Source: an uncultured delta proteobacterium (lineage in GTDB: Bacteria; Desulfobacterota; Binatia; DP-6). Taken from it: a DNA stretch of 64,000 bases. Location: assembly GCA_963815115.1 (NCBI GenBank), contig CAWFFN010000005.1, forward strand, positions 1,120,001 to 1,184,000. Direction: 5' to 3'. The translations under genes and the position numbers were made by a program. Positions 9,993-20,160 of the stretch are shown piece by piece; the stretch's first letter is position 1; each line of letters begins with the position of its first letter. The notes below the pieces were generated by a model, which saw only the letters and a program-made list of their open reading frames with translations, was not told the origin of the DNA and ran no database searches.

Positions 9993-10871
9993 TCAGACGA
10001 GGAGACAGACTTTCGGCTGACCCGGGCTCGGGGCAGTGCAGATCGCCCCCGACCCGCACTGCGCGTTCGTCGTGCACGGCTGGCCGTTGATCGACGGCTG
10101 CTGCGGCGCGCTGCCGCCGGACCCGGAAGATCCCCCGCCGGTGGGCGTCGGATCCTGGGCGCGTCCCCCGACACAGACGCGGGCCTGGAAGGTGCCGTCG
10201 AGAATCAGGGCCTGCGCGACCGCCTGCCCCAGGTCGCGCTCGAGGCGGAAGGCACGCGTGCGGCGGCCGCAACACTTCAGGCGGTCGGTCGAGGCGACGA
10301 TGGTGCCGGCGGGCGCACAATACTCGGCGAAGTCGACGACCCCGTCGTCGTCGACGCGACACTGGTCGACGTGGCGGCGCCAGTTGAGCCCGTGCACGAC
10401 CCGGTGCACCGCCTTGTCCCATACCGCGGTGCAGCTGCCCGACGCGAAGGCATTCTCGATGCCGCAGAAGTGACCCGACGGGTGGTCGAAGCAGCACTCG
10501 TCGTGGTCCCAGCTTCCCGCATTGATGACGCAGGAGCCGTCGGGGGCGCAGCCGCTGTAGGCCGTCTCGAGGACGCTCGCGACGCCGAGCCCGACGGCCT
10601 GCGGCGAGATCGTCCCGGCGGCCAGGACGATCGTCGCCTCGGCCTCGGTGGACAGCACCCCGTCGCAGGCGAGGCCCACCACGCCGTGACAGCGGTGGGG
10701 ATCTGGGAAACACGCGCCGCCGCCGCCGGAGTCCACGGAGGTTCCCGGAGAGGGATCGGGCTGGGCCGGGAGGCGATCCCCGATGTCCATTCGGGCGGGA
10801 GCGGACTGGGCAAGGAACGCGGCGGCCACGGCCAGGGCGCGAAGGACGAATGGCAGGCGTCGGGTCCTCAT
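9993..10871 (-). CDS. Secreted Cys-rich hypothetical protein
   Basis: ATG 10871 with signal peptide; many Cys, a HDECC motif and a C-terminal 4-Cys module. Confidence 0.7.
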   Translation of the reverse strand: MRTRRLPFVLRALAVAAAFLAQSAPARMDIGDRLPAQPDPSPGTSVDSGGGGACFPDPHRCHGVVGLACDGVLSTEAEATIVLAAGTISPQAVGLGVASVLETAYSGCAPDGSCVINAGSWDHDECCFDHPSGHFCGIENAFASGSCTAVWDKAVHRVVHGLNWRRHVDQCRVDDDGVVDFAEYCAPAGTIVASTDRLKCCGRRTRAFRLERDLGQAVAQALILDGTFQARVCVGGRAQDPTPTGGGSSGSGGSAPQQPSINGQPCTTNAQCGSGAICTAPSPGQPKVCLLV

Positions 10872-10960
10872 CGGTGGATCCTCCATCGGGTCGGTGAGTC
10901 GTTGGCGAATCTTCACCTCTCCTTACGCGCGAGGACCTCGAACGGAGGCAGCGGCCCAGG

Positions 10961-11054
10961 GCGGGCGATCCTCGAGGCCGTGGCCGGGCAGCTGTGCGTC
11001 ACGGTTCTCGTCGCCCGGCTCGTCGGCTTGTACGTGCGGCCGGGCGACGCGTGA
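10961..11054 (+). pseudogene. Remnant: C-terminus of a potassium-channel (Ion_trans_2-like) protein
   Basis: RAILEAVAGQLCVTVLVARLVGLY resembles the channel inner helix (LEA..GQLY..VLVARLVG); no upstream body is recognisable. Confidence 0.5.
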
Positions 11055-11363
11055 ACGGTGGGGATGAGCTTTCTCCGACTGTCCGCGTTGGCCGCGGGTC
11101 AGCCTTGACGAAAAAGGGCCTCTGCGGCTATCTGCCGCGACACGAAGCGGGCGCGCGTGGACGTCGCGACCCACCTGGCGGGCAAGATTCCTGCGAGCAC
11201 ATGCGGCGCGACGAGGTGAAGCTGGCGCGGCGGCAGGGGGCGCGGCCTTGGGCCGCGACAGGATTCTTCAATCTCGAGCAGGCCGTCGCCGAGCATCGGG
11301 CGACCGTAGCTGGTGCGCCGCACGACCGCCCGGGGACGCGCGGTGTCGCGCGAGGAGGGCAGC

Positions 11364-12233
11364 ATGAAAGGACGTAGCGGGAGCAGGCACGGCGACCACA
11401 GAAAGGCGAAAGCCTCGCGAAAGCGCGGCGCGGATGCAAACGACGCTGGTGCCGGCAAAGCCGGGAACCTGAAGAGGAAGGACTACGATCGGAAGCTGCG
11501 GAAGCTGCACGTCGAGCTCGTGGGGCTCCAGCAATGGGTGCAGCACAAAGGGCTCAAGATCTGCATCGTGTTCGAGGGACGGGACGGTGCCGGGAAGGGC
11601 GGCACCATCAAGGCGATCACGGAACGGGTCAGCCCGCGCGTGTTCCGGGTGGTCGCGTTGCCGGCTCCGACCGACCGCGAGAAATCGCAGATGTACGCGC
11701 AGCGCTACATCCCGCACCTGCCGGCCGCAGGCGAGATCGTGATCTTCGACCGCAGCTGGTACAACCGCGCCGGCGTCGAGCGCGTGATGGGCTTCTGCAG
11801 CGAGGAGGAGGTCGAGGGCTTTCTCAGAGTCACGCCGATGGTGGAGAAGGTGATGGTCGAGTCCGGGATCATCCTCCTCAAGTACTGGCTGGAAGTGTCG
11901 GAGGCCGAGCAGACGAAACGGCTCGAGGACCGGATCGAGGACGGCCGCAAGATCTGGAAGCTCTCGCCGATGGATCTCAAGTCGTACACCCGGTGGGACG
12001 ACTACTCCCGCGCCCGCGACGCCATGTTCGCGGCCACCGACACCGCGTGGGCACCGTGGTACGTCGCCCACTCGGACGACAAGCGGCGGGCGCGGCTGAA
12101 CATCATCTCGCACCTCCTCGACCACGTCAGGTACAAATCTGCCCCGGGCGAGAAGGTCAAGCTGCCGAAGCGGAAGACCGGCAAGTATCGTTCGCCGGAC
12201 TACCCGTACAAGGTGGTGCCCGAGGCGTCCTGA
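11364..12233 (+). CDS. ppk2: Polyphosphate kinase 2
   Basis: FEGRDGAGKGG Walker A and IFDRSWYNRAGVE motifs; GAGGAGG RBS. Confidence 0.95.
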   Translation: MKGRSGSRHGDHRKAKASRKRGADANDAGAGKAGNLKRKDYDRKLRKLHVELVGLQQWVQHKGLKICIVFEGRDGAGKGGTIKAITERVSPRVFRVVALPAPTDREKSQMYAQRYIPHLPAAGEIVIFDRSWYNRAGVERVMGFCSEEEVEGFLRVTPMVEKVMVESGIILLKYWLEVSEAEQTKRLEDRIEDGRKIWKLSPMDLKSYTRWDDYSRARDAMFAATDTAWAPWYVAHSDDKRRARLNIISHLLDHVRYKSAPGEKVKLPKRKTGKYRSPDYPYKVVPEAS

Positions 12234-12264
12234 GCAGCGGCGGCTCGCGCGACCCTGCCGATGA

Positions 12265-13698
12265 TCACGCCGCCGGCCGAGCCCCCAGGCGGGCCCGTCT
12301 GATGACGGCGAAGCGTGCAACGGTGTTGTCGCGCTCGTCCGTGGGACTGATTCCGCAGAGATCGACCAGCCCCCCGTAGCGGCTGTTGCCGCCGACGAGT
12401 GCGAGGAGCCGGCCACCCTCGAGGACGCGATAGCCGTCGAAATGCGTCCACTGGGGTCGCTGCCCCCAGCCGCGCTCGCGGCCGACACGGAGGTAGACAT
12501 CGGGTGGTATGCAGACCAGCCGGAACTCCCGCGGATCGAGCCCCAGGCGTTCCTCGACCACGCGCGAAGCATGCAGGAGCAGGGCGTTCTCGATGGTAAC
12601 GCGAGCGAGGGCCCGGCGTCCGGGCAAGCCGAGCTCGTGGAGGAGATCACTCGCGGGCTCTTCGCCCTCCGGAAAGCCTTCCACGAGGCACGGTTCGGTG
12701 TCGACGGGGAGCGGTACGTAGCGCAATCCGGCAGAGTTGATGAATATCTGCGTCGCGAACAGCGATACGGTATCGGCCGCGGTCTCCGCGAAATCGGGCG
12801 AGGGCATGTGCTCCTTGGCCAGCGCGCGCAGCTGCGTCACTCCATCCCTGGCCTTTCCGAGCTCGGGCGTCGCGGGTCCCCAGCCGTAGTTGTCGAGAAA
12901 CTCGCGGACGGCCGCCGTCACCTCGGGAACCACGTGGGACTGCACGGCCTCCAGGCCGAGCGCTCCAGCGCGCTCGATGCTGGACTGCGGGAAGGGTTCG
13001 GCGAGCGCCGCGGGGGCCTCGAACCGCTTCCGAGGGGCCGCCGCGTCCCCGGCCGTCGGCTTGGCCGCGGGCGAAGCGGAGAGCATCTTCTCTGCCAGCT
13101 CGCGGAGTTGCTCGGCGTCGCCGTGCTCCGAGGCGAGCCGCAGGCGATGCTCGGCGCTTTCCGTAGCCTTCGTCTCGCTCGCCGCCGCAGCCTTGGACGG
13201 CTGCACCGCCGCGAGCGCGGCTCGGCGCGCTGCATAGAGCTCGGCCTTGGCGGAGTCGGCTGTCTCGAGCTTGCCGAGCGCATCGACGACGTCCGCGTGC
13301 AGGCTTCGGGGATCCTTCCCGCGCGCTGCCAGGCCAGGCGAGAACAGATCCGGCGCGACGGCGGGAGCCTCATAGACCGACTCGGCCAGCGTGAACAGGT
13401 CCTGCGTCGCCTGGAGGCTCTGCTGCAACGCTGCGGCCCGGGTGCTGAGCTCACGCACCTGCTCCCACTCTCGGCGGGTCGCTGCGATGCGTGCTTGCTG
13501 CAGACAGCGCTCGGCTTCCTTACGCCCCGCAACCGCGCCGCGGTACCGCGATTCGGCAAAGACGGGAGCGAGCAGCTCGCGTGCGCGCAGCAGGTACAGA
13601 TCCCGGAACAGCGTGTCACCGTCGGCCGCGCGTGCGAGGAGGCCCACGATCGCAGGGACGTTCGAATCGGTGTCGTCTGTCTCCCGCTTCCGTGCCAT
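12265..13698 (-). CDS. Hypothetical protein
   Basis: Long ORF with protein-like composition; likely start MARKRE at 13698. Confidence 0.7.
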   Translation of the reverse strand: MARKRETDDTDSNVPAIVGLLARAADGDTLFRDLYLLRARELLAPVFAESRYRGAVAGRKEAERCLQQARIAATRREWEQVRELSTRAAALQQSLQATQDLFTLAESVYEAPAVAPDLFSPGLAARGKDPRSLHADVVDALGKLETADSAKAELYAARRAALAAVQPSKAAAASETKATESAEHRLRLASEHGDAEQLRELAEKMLSASPAAKPTAGDAAAPRKRFEAPAALAEPFPQSSIERAGALGLEAVQSHVVPEVTAAVREFLDNYGWGPATPELGKARDGVTQLRALAKEHMPSPDFAETAADTVSLFATQIFINSAGLRYVPLPVDTEPCLVEGFPEGEEPASDLLHELGLPGRRALARVTIENALLLHASRVVEERLGLDPREFRLVCIPPDVYLRVGRERGWGQRPQWTHFDGYRVLEGGRLLALVGGNSRYGGLVDLCGISPTDERDNTVARFAVIRRARLGARPAA

Positions 13699-13788
13699 CG
13701 GGCACCCATATCTGGTGGCGTAGACGACTGGCAAGTATCGGTGTCGTGAGACCCGGGCGCGACCGAGCCGGGTTACGTCGCGTCCACG

Positions 13789-14400
13789 TTAGCGGCTGCG
13801 CGTGTGGTTGGCGATCGCCAGCGCAAGCTCGCCCGACATCCGTGCCAGCGCACGGCTGAGCGCCGCCACGGCGGCGTCACCTTTCCCTTCTCCCGGGGGC
13901 CCCGCGGCCGGCTCCACGATCGCCGTCTGGCCCTCGTACACGACCTTGCGCGAGTGGGGGTCGCGCAGCGTCCAGCCCGCGTTCAGCGTCGCGGTGCCGG
14001 CGGTGGCGACCTCGAAGGCGAGCACGTTGACGGCCACGGCGACGTCGATCGGCGTGCCCGGATACCACGAGTAGTCGATGATCCGCGCGCCGCCGAGCGC
14101 ACGAGAGAGATCCTCGCTCAGCGTGCGGTTGAACTGCTTCCCGAGCGGCTCGGCCCAGCGCTCCCCCTCGGCGTAGCGCACCTGGGTGCCGTCCACCCGA
14201 GTGACCAGGCTGGGACGCGACAGGTAGCCGGGCAGCGTCACCGGCCCGAGCCCGACGGTGAGCCCGCTGGCGGATCGCACCGAGGGCTCGGTGGAGGGCT
14301 CGAGCGTGTAGTAGCGGAACGAGTCGGGGTTGGCCCGGAACATGCAGGCGCTCTGGCTCGCGGCGAGCACCAGCGCGACGGCCACGGCGAATGGCTTCAT
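13789..14400 (-). CDS. PqiC / ABC-transport auxiliary lipoprotein
   Basis: Lipoprotein signal; GPVTLPGYLSRPSLVTR..RWAEPL motif; operon position. Confidence 0.85.
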   Translation of the reverse strand: MKPFAVAVALVLAASQSACMFRANPDSFRYYTLEPSTEPSVRSASGLTVGLGPVTLPGYLSRPSLVTRVDGTQVRYAEGERWAEPLGKQFNRTLSEDLSRALGGARIIDYSWYPGTPIDVAVAVNVLAFEVATAGTATLNAGWTLRDPHSRKVVYEGQTAIVEPAAGPPGEGKGDAAVAALSRALARMSGELALAIANHTRSR

Positions 14401-15341
14401 TGCTTCGGCCTTCCGGTCAGGAGCGCGTTGGGGTGGCGATCCAGGAAATCCGCCAGGTCGCGGATGCTACGCGCCGCCTCGCTCAGATCGGCCAGGGTGC
14501 TCGCCAGCCCGACGGCGAGCGGCGCGTCGGAGTCGAGCAGGGTCTGCACGCTTGCCAGCGTCTGGTCGAGCTGCGGCTCCACCCGGATCAACGTCTGACG
14601 TGCCTGGGCGAGTGTGGCGTCGAAGCCCTTCATCGTGGGCGTGACGCCCGGCTCGAGCGCGGCAGCGACCTGGTGGATCGACACGAGCGCATCGTGCAGC
14701 GCGACGAGCGCATCCTGGACCTTGGGCGAGCGGGCCAGGTTGTCCACGCCGTCGAGGGCACGGTGCGCGGAGGCCACGAGGCCCTCGAGATCGAGGGCCT
14801 CGACCCGCTTCACCAGCCTGTCCAAGGTCTGGATCGCTCTCTCGATGGTGGTGGGCATGACCGGGACCTCGAGCACCTCGGGCTGCCCCGTCAGCTCGAG
14901 TACGACCGGCGCATCGGGAAAGAAGTCCAGCCCCACGAACAGGACGCCGGTGACGAAGCTCTCGGTCTGGAGCTGGGCCCGGAACCCGGCGGCGACGAGC
15001 TCGTCGAGGCGCTTGCGATCGAGCAGGAACCGGCGCCCCTGGTACCCGGAGATGGTGTCGAGATCGACCGTGTACCAGACCGGGATGCGGACGTCGGCCG
15101 CGGACGCCCCCGGCAGCCCCAGGCGGATCTGCGAGACGGACCCGATCGGCACGCCCCGGAACTTGACGGGCGAGCCTACGATGAGCCCGTTCACGGACCC
15201 GCTGAAGTTCGACACCAGCGTGACCTCGTGGCGGAAGAAGTGTCCCGAGCCGAACACCAGGACGGCGGCGATGGCCAGCGCGGCGGCGCCCAGCACGAAG
15301 GCGCCGACCCGCATGGGGCTTCCTCGGCGGCCGCGGCTCAC
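14397..15341 (-). CDS. MlaD/PqiB-family MCE protein
   Basis: GSVNGLIVGSPVKFRGVPIGSV and terminal DFLDRHPNALLTGR; GTG start overlaps the upstream TGA. Confidence 0.9.
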   Translation of the reverse strand: MSRGRRGSPMRVGAFVLGAAALAIAAVLVFGSGHFFRHEVTLVSNFSGSVNGLIVGSPVKFRGVPIGSVSQIRLGLPGASAADVRIPVWYTVDLDTISGYQGRRFLLDRKRLDELVAAGFRAQLQTESFVTGVLFVGLDFFPDAPVVLELTGQPEVLEVPVMPTTIERAIQTLDRLVKRVEALDLEGLVASAHRALDGVDNLARSPKVQDALVALHDALVSIHQVAAALEPGVTPTMKGFDATLAQARQTLIRVEPQLDQTLASVQTLLDSDAPLAVGLASTLADLSEAARSIRDLADFLDRHPNALLTGRPKQ

Positions 15342-16108
15342 GGGTGCGCGTCCTCCCCGCCGCGGGTGAGGAAGCGGTGCACCCGCTCGTTCGGAGGATG
15401 GTCGCGCAGCTCGCGCGGGTTGCCGTGCGCGGTCATGGTTCGCGCTTCGGTGTCGAGGAAGATGCAGTCGTCGCTGATCGCGAAGATGCTCGGCAGCTCG
15501 TGTGACACCATCACGACCGTTGCGCCGAGGCTGTCGCGCAGCGACAGGATCAGGTCGTCGAGCAGCCGCGAGCTGATCGGATCGAGGCCGGCCGAGGGCT
15601 CGTCGAAGAACAGCACCTCGGGGTCGAGCGCGATGGCGCGGGCGAGAGCGGCCCGCTTCTGCATGCCGCCGCTGATCTCGGACGGGTAGTAATCCTCGAA
15701 GCCCCGCAGCCCGACCAGCGCCAGCTTGACCTTGGCGACCTGCCGGATCTCCGCGGGCGAGAGGTCGGTGAACTGCCCGAGCGGCAGGCCGACGTTCTCC
15801 GCCAGCGTCATGGCGCTCCACAGCGCGCTGCCCTGGAACGTGATGCCGAAGTGGCTGCGCAGCGCGTCCCGCTCCTCTTCCCGGGCGGCCGTGAAGTTGA
15901 CGTTCCCGTACCACACCGCGCCCTTCGCCGGCTCGTTCAGGCCGATCAGGTGACGGAAGAGCGTACTCTTCCCGCCCCCGCTGCCGCCCATGATGAAGAA
16001 GATGTCGCCGCGCCGCACGCTGAAGGTCAGGTCGCGCATGACCACGAAGTCGCCGAACGCCATGGTGAGGTCCTTGACGTCGATGTGGGCTTCGCGGGCG
16101 GCAGCCAT
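15338..16108 (-). CDS. MlaF-type ABC ATP-binding protein
   Basis: GGSGGGKS, ISGGMQKRAALARA and DEPSAGLDP motifs. Confidence 0.92.
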   Translation of the reverse strand: MAAAREAHIDVKDLTMAFGDFVVMRDLTFSVRRGDIFFIMGGSGGGKSTLFRHLIGLNEPAKGAVWYGNVNFTAAREEERDALRSHFGITFQGSALWSAMTLAENVGLPLGQFTDLSPAEIRQVAKVKLALVGLRGFEDYYPSEISGGMQKRAALARAIALDPEVLFFDEPSAGLDPISSRLLDDLILSLRDSLGATVVMVSHELPSIFAISDDCIFLDTEARTMTAHGNPRELRDHPPNERVHRFLTRGGEDAHP

Positions 16109-16109
16109 C

Positions 16110-17264
16110 CTAGATGCCCAGCACGTTGGTGACGACGGCCAGGATGCCGTCGAGACCGATGATCCACACGATGCCGAGCACGACCGCCGAGGTGGCCGCC
16201 TGCCCGACCGCCGCGGCGTCGCGGCCGGAGCTCATCCCGCGCATGCACCCGGCAAGTGCGACCAGGATGCCGAAGAGCAGGCCTTTGCCGACGCCGATGC
16301 TGATGTCGACCAGTCCGATCGCCCCCCTGGTCTCCTCCCAGTAGAGCCGGGGTCCCTGGCCCAACATGCCGATTCCGACCACAGCGCCGCCCAGTATGCC
16401 GATCAGGTCGGCGTACAGGCAGAGCAGCGGCATCATGAGCGAGAGCGCCAGCATTCGCGGCAGAACCAGGAAGTCCATCGGTGGCACGGCCATGGTGGAG
16501 AGCGCCTCGATCTCCTGGTTCACCTGCATGGTGCCGAGCTCAGCGGCGAAGCCGGAGCCGGTGCGCCCGGCCATGATGATCCCCGTCATGATCGGCGCCA
16601 GCTCGCGTACGGTGGCGATGGCGACCAGGTCGGCCACGTAGATGCTGGCGCCGAACTTCTCGAGCTGCACGGCGCCCACGAAGGCGATGATCAGGCCGAC
16701 CAGGAAGTTGATCAGGGTGACGATGCCCAGCGCATTCGGTCCGCTCTCTTGCAGCACGAGCAGTACGTCGCGCCATTGAAAGATCGCCGCGCCGCGCAGG
16801 AAGCGCCCGAAGGAGAGGGTGGCCTCACCCAGGAACAGGGTCGCCGCCCGGGTTCCCTCCCAGGCGCCCTGCGCGGCGGTGCCGAGGCGTGCCAGCCACG
16901 GCGGAGCCGCGGCGGCGTGGGCATCGCTCTTATCGGGTACCGCGGTTGCCAGGGCGAGGAGGCGCCGCAATCCCTCGGGCAGGCCCTCGGGCTGGAGCGC
17001 GATCTGCCGCGCCCTGCAGAGCGTCGCGATGTGATCGAGCACCGCCAGGCCGGAGCTGTCCCACGAGGTGAGCCCGGCGGTGTCGAAGGCGACCGTGCGT
17101 GGTTGCGGCGTGGCGGCGAGTGCCTGTTCGACCGGCGCCGTCGACGGGAGTCCGGCGCGCAGGTTCCATTGCCCGCTCAGCTCGACCACCAGGGTGTCGC
17201 CGTCGCGGTGCGTGGCAAGGGTCGCCGTGACCGGCGCCATCGAAGCCGACGTCTGACTGGCCAC
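16110..17264 (-). CDS. MlaE-family permease with N-terminal STAS domain
   Basis: RELAPIMTGIIMAGRTGSGFAAELGTMQVNQEIEAL motif; WDSSG STAS-like segment. Confidence 0.92.
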   Translation of the reverse strand: MASQTSASMAPVTATLATHRDGDTLVVELSGQWNLRAGLPSTAPVEQALAATPQPRTVAFDTAGLTSWDSSGLAVLDHIATLCRARQIALQPEGLPEGLRRLLALATAVPDKSDAHAAAAPPWLARLGTAAQGAWEGTRAATLFLGEATLSFGRFLRGAAIFQWRDVLLVLQESGPNALGIVTLINFLVGLIIAFVGAVQLEKFGASIYVADLVAIATVRELAPIMTGIIMAGRTGSGFAAELGTMQVNQEIEALSTMAVPPMDFLVLPRMLALSLMMPLLCLYADLIGILGGAVVGIGMLGQGPRLYWEETRGAIGLVDISIGVGKGLLFGILVALAGCMRGMSSGRDAAAVGQAATSAVVLGIVWIIGLDGILAVVTNVLGI

Positions 17265-17762
17265 CGCGCACCCTTATACGACCCTACGGGCTTCGCGAAA
17301 CGCTCGCCATGTCATCCAACCTTTGTCGCCGGCCAGTAGCCACACGACTGGGTTCACGGTGACGTTGCGTCGAAATTTGGCGCGACGGTCGCGCCGCACC
17401 CGATGCGACAGACGCTGGTTGCGCTGGTTTGCCGTTGCCGCCGGGTTTCGTTCGCTTCGTCCGCGCGAGCCCGTTTCACTGTCGCTCGTAGGAGAATGGA
17501 AGAGCACCGAAGCCGATGAGAGAGTCGTGGCCGAAGGGAATCCGGTGTCGGGAGTTCGCATCCCAATCACTGGGAGCGCAGAAGTCCGAAGCACGTCGAG
17601 CGCATCGCGGCGCTGAGACCGGGGCAGATCATCGGCACGTCGGTGGCTCTCACGGGCGATCCATCGCCGGTGGCAGTGACCTTTACCGAGGCCGCACGTT
17701 CCATGCGCTGGTCGCTTGCCCGATGGGCCGCCGAGTGCCACTACTCCAGCGCCTTGAACGGC

Positions 17763-18899
17763 GTGACCAGAACCCGTGAGGGGTCGACCGAGCCATGTAC
17801 GCGGGCGATCGTCGCCGCGCGCGTAGCCGCAGCAGCGGCTGTCCTCTGGCTCTCCGGCTGCGGCCGATTTCTGGGCCCCAGGGCGACCCTCGGGCCCGGA
17901 GCGATCGTGCGGGGGCGAGAGCTCTACAACGAAGTCATCAACTACACCAACAACCAGCAGACGCTCGGGCTGATCGTTCGCGCGCGCTACGGCGAGCCGG
18001 GCGGACTCCTCTCCGTCGCGAGCGTGACGGCCAACCTGCGCACCACGGCGACGGCCAACTCCCAGTTCGGCGTCGGCCCCTCGGCGAACTACCAGGGGAA
18101 CCTCGTGCCGCTGTCCCTGGGCCTCGCCTACGAGGAGAACCCGACGATCGCATACACTCCCGTTCAGGGAGAGCGCTACGCCAAGAGCATCCTCTCTCCG
18201 CTCGGGCTCGACGTGCTGGTGCTGCTTCTCAGCATCGAGCACGCGCCGCACCAGCTCATCACGATCCTCGTCAAGCAGCTGAACGACCTGCCGAATCCGG
18301 TGTACGGCCCGCCGCAAGACCGCGCTGCGTTCCAGGACTCGGTCAACCTGCTGGTGCGCCTGGAAGACGCCGGGCAAGCGACCTGGGGGGCGACCTCGAC
18401 GAAGGACGCCACCTTCGCGTTGGTGATCCACGACTACGCGCGCGACAACCGGGTCGTAGTCCGCGAGCTGCTGCGGAAGTGGGGTCTTCCGGCGTCGCTC
18501 GCCCAGGGGGATCGCGACATCGTCCTGCCGTTGAACCTGGCTTACGGAAGGGCCACGGAGCCCGAGCTCAACGTGCAGACGCGCTCGGTCTACGACCTCA
18601 TCGAGATCGCGGCGAGTTCGGTCGAGGTACCGCCCGAGCACGCCGCGCAGGGCCTTGCGAACCAGGGGCTCGACGAACTCTCGCCCGTGCACGGCCTGCT
18701 GAGGATCCGGAGCTCGACCAATGCTCCGTCTACGGACGTGCTCGTCGCGGTCCGCCATCGCGGCTATTGGTTCTACATCTCGGCAGACGACGGAGTGAGC
18801 AAGCTCACGTTCCGGCTCCTGCAAGCGCTCATCGGCATGCGGCTCGTCGAGGGCACCCCGCAGACGATCCCGACCCTCACGATCCCGGTCTCGAGGTGA
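17763..18899 (+). CDS. Hypothetical lipoprotein (start uncertain)
   Basis: Lipobox LSGC; YNEVI..LIVRARYGE and YEENPTIAYTPVQGE. An out-of-frame ATG at 17795 with a RBS hints at a 1-nt indel. Confidence 0.7.
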   Translation: MTRTREGSTEPCTRAIVAARVAAAAAVLWLSGCGRFLGPRATLGPGAIVRGRELYNEVINYTNNQQTLGLIVRARYGEPGGLLSVASVTANLRTTATANSQFGVGPSANYQGNLVPLSLGLAYEENPTIAYTPVQGERYAKSILSPLGLDVLVLLLSIEHAPHQLITILVKQLNDLPNPVYGPPQDRAAFQDSVNLLVRLEDAGQATWGATSTKDATFALVIHDYARDNRVVVRELLRKWGLPASLAQGDRDIVLPLNLAYGRATEPELNVQTRSVYDLIEIAASSVEVPPEHAAQGLANQGLDELSPVHGLLRIRSSTNAPSTDVLVAVRHRGYWFYISADDGVSKLTFRLLQALIGMRLVEGTPQTIPTLTIPVSR

Positions 18900-18959
18900 G
18901 TTGTCTTCGTCGCATGACTGGGACAGGTGTGCAGACTGCGAAGCTCGCTTTGCCGCGTC

Positions 18960-19110
18960 TGCTTGCGTGCCAGGATATCGACGCCATCTCGATACATCGA
19001 GGAGGAGCAGCTTTCCTGCCGAATCGACGAAGTCGACGTCCGCCAATGCCATGCAGATCGCAACCCGTCGCCAGCCTCTCGTGCACACCGAGAACGAGCG
19101 GGACCACCGC
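18960..19110 (-). pseudogene. Possible frameshifted STAS-domain remnant
   Basis: ALADVDFVDSAGKLLL and MYRDGVDILA in two different frames resemble DL..V.F.D.AG..LL..MHR.G. Confidence 0.35.
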
Positions 19111-19120
19111 GTAGAAACGC

Positions 19121-19570
19121 CTAGAATGCGCCAAGTCGGCGCAACTCCTCGTGGCACGCCTGGCTGAAATTCCGAAAGGGGTCGATCGCCTGGTCTTCCA
19201 GCATGTGCCGCACGTCGCGGAATGCCTTGTTTGGCCCCAGGTACGTTTCGACGATGAGCTGCGCGATTTGTTCCGCGTTCGTCACGACCGCGGTCGAGGA
19301 CAGGATGCGCATCCGGCCGATCATCGCATAGAGACCGACGAGGTTCGAGAGCTCGGCCTTGTCGTGCTCGAAGGCATCGGCGTAGAGCCTCGTACTCTCG
19401 ACGAGGAAGACTTTGTAGAGCTCCTGTTTTCTCTCGATGCTCTGCGTGGACTGCTGCGCTTTCACCTGTGTGCGCTGGACCAGCCACGACGTCATCAACG
19501 AGGTCAGCCCTCCGATCACCGATCCGGCCAGGGCGGCGAAAGCAGAGAAATACGCGGGATCCATGATCAA
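19121..19570 (-). CDS. Hypothetical protein with N-terminal membrane anchor
   Basis: 149-aa ORF with hydrophobic AFAALAGSVIGGLTS N-terminus. Confidence 0.7.
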   Translation of the reverse strand: MIMDPAYFSAFAALAGSVIGGLTSLMTSWLVQRTQVKAQQSTQSIERKQELYKVFLVESTRLYADAFEHDKAELSNLVGLYAMIGRMRILSSTAVVTNAEQIAQLIVETYLGPNKAFRDVRHMLEDQAIDPFRNFSQACHEELRRLGAF

Positions 19571-19702
19571 CCGGGACGGTGAGTCCGCCTCCAGATGGCA
19601 CCGGTGGTGCCGTGCTCAGCAGATCGGGTCACCGGCCGGGCACGTCGCGAGCGGCCGGCGCGGACAGGAGTGCTCGCCGCACAGACTGTTCCGCGGTGAG
19701 GG

Positions 19703-19916
19703 TCATGTCGTGGGATACTGAGCTCCATTCTCGCAGCACATCGCGTAGTGCGCCTGGTTGGCGTCGAACGCGTGCGCGCGGGCTGGGTCAATCGTCAGGA
19801 CGCCGGTGGACCCGTCGTAGCGATTGGTTCGCATCAGCAGGCGGAGGCGGGCCGGCAGGGCACCCTGCCGTTCGGGATCTGACGACGACGCCGAGCGTGA
19901 TCCAGAGACGCCGCAT
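19703..19916 (-). pseudogene. Remnant of quinol-dependent nitric oxide reductase (qNor) N-terminus
   Basis: GGGAGG RBS, MRRLWITLGVVV, then after a frame change ERQGALPARLRLLMRTNRYDGSTGVLTIDPARAHAFDANQAHY. Confidence 0.6.
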
Positions 19917-20160
19917 GGGTCCTCCCTTTCGCGTCAGGGGAGCAGTCGGGTCGCCATAGCACGCCAGCCGGCTACCGAACCACCAGCAAGCGACAATGGG
20001 ATTCCACTCAGCCGGTCAGCGTGCTCGGTCTACGCAGCTCATCCACGGTGAATGGGAACGCTGGACAGGTCGCCAGGAGCAAGCTTCCGCCGGTGGCTGA
20101 AAAGACCGAGACACCGCCACGACGGTATGCACCCGTCACCTCTCTGGACTCCTCGAGCAC

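Noticed and set aside
17274-19601. 775-aa minus-strand ORF
   Set aside because: Mostly antisense to the lipoprotein gene; no coherent domain apart from a short STAS-like piece.
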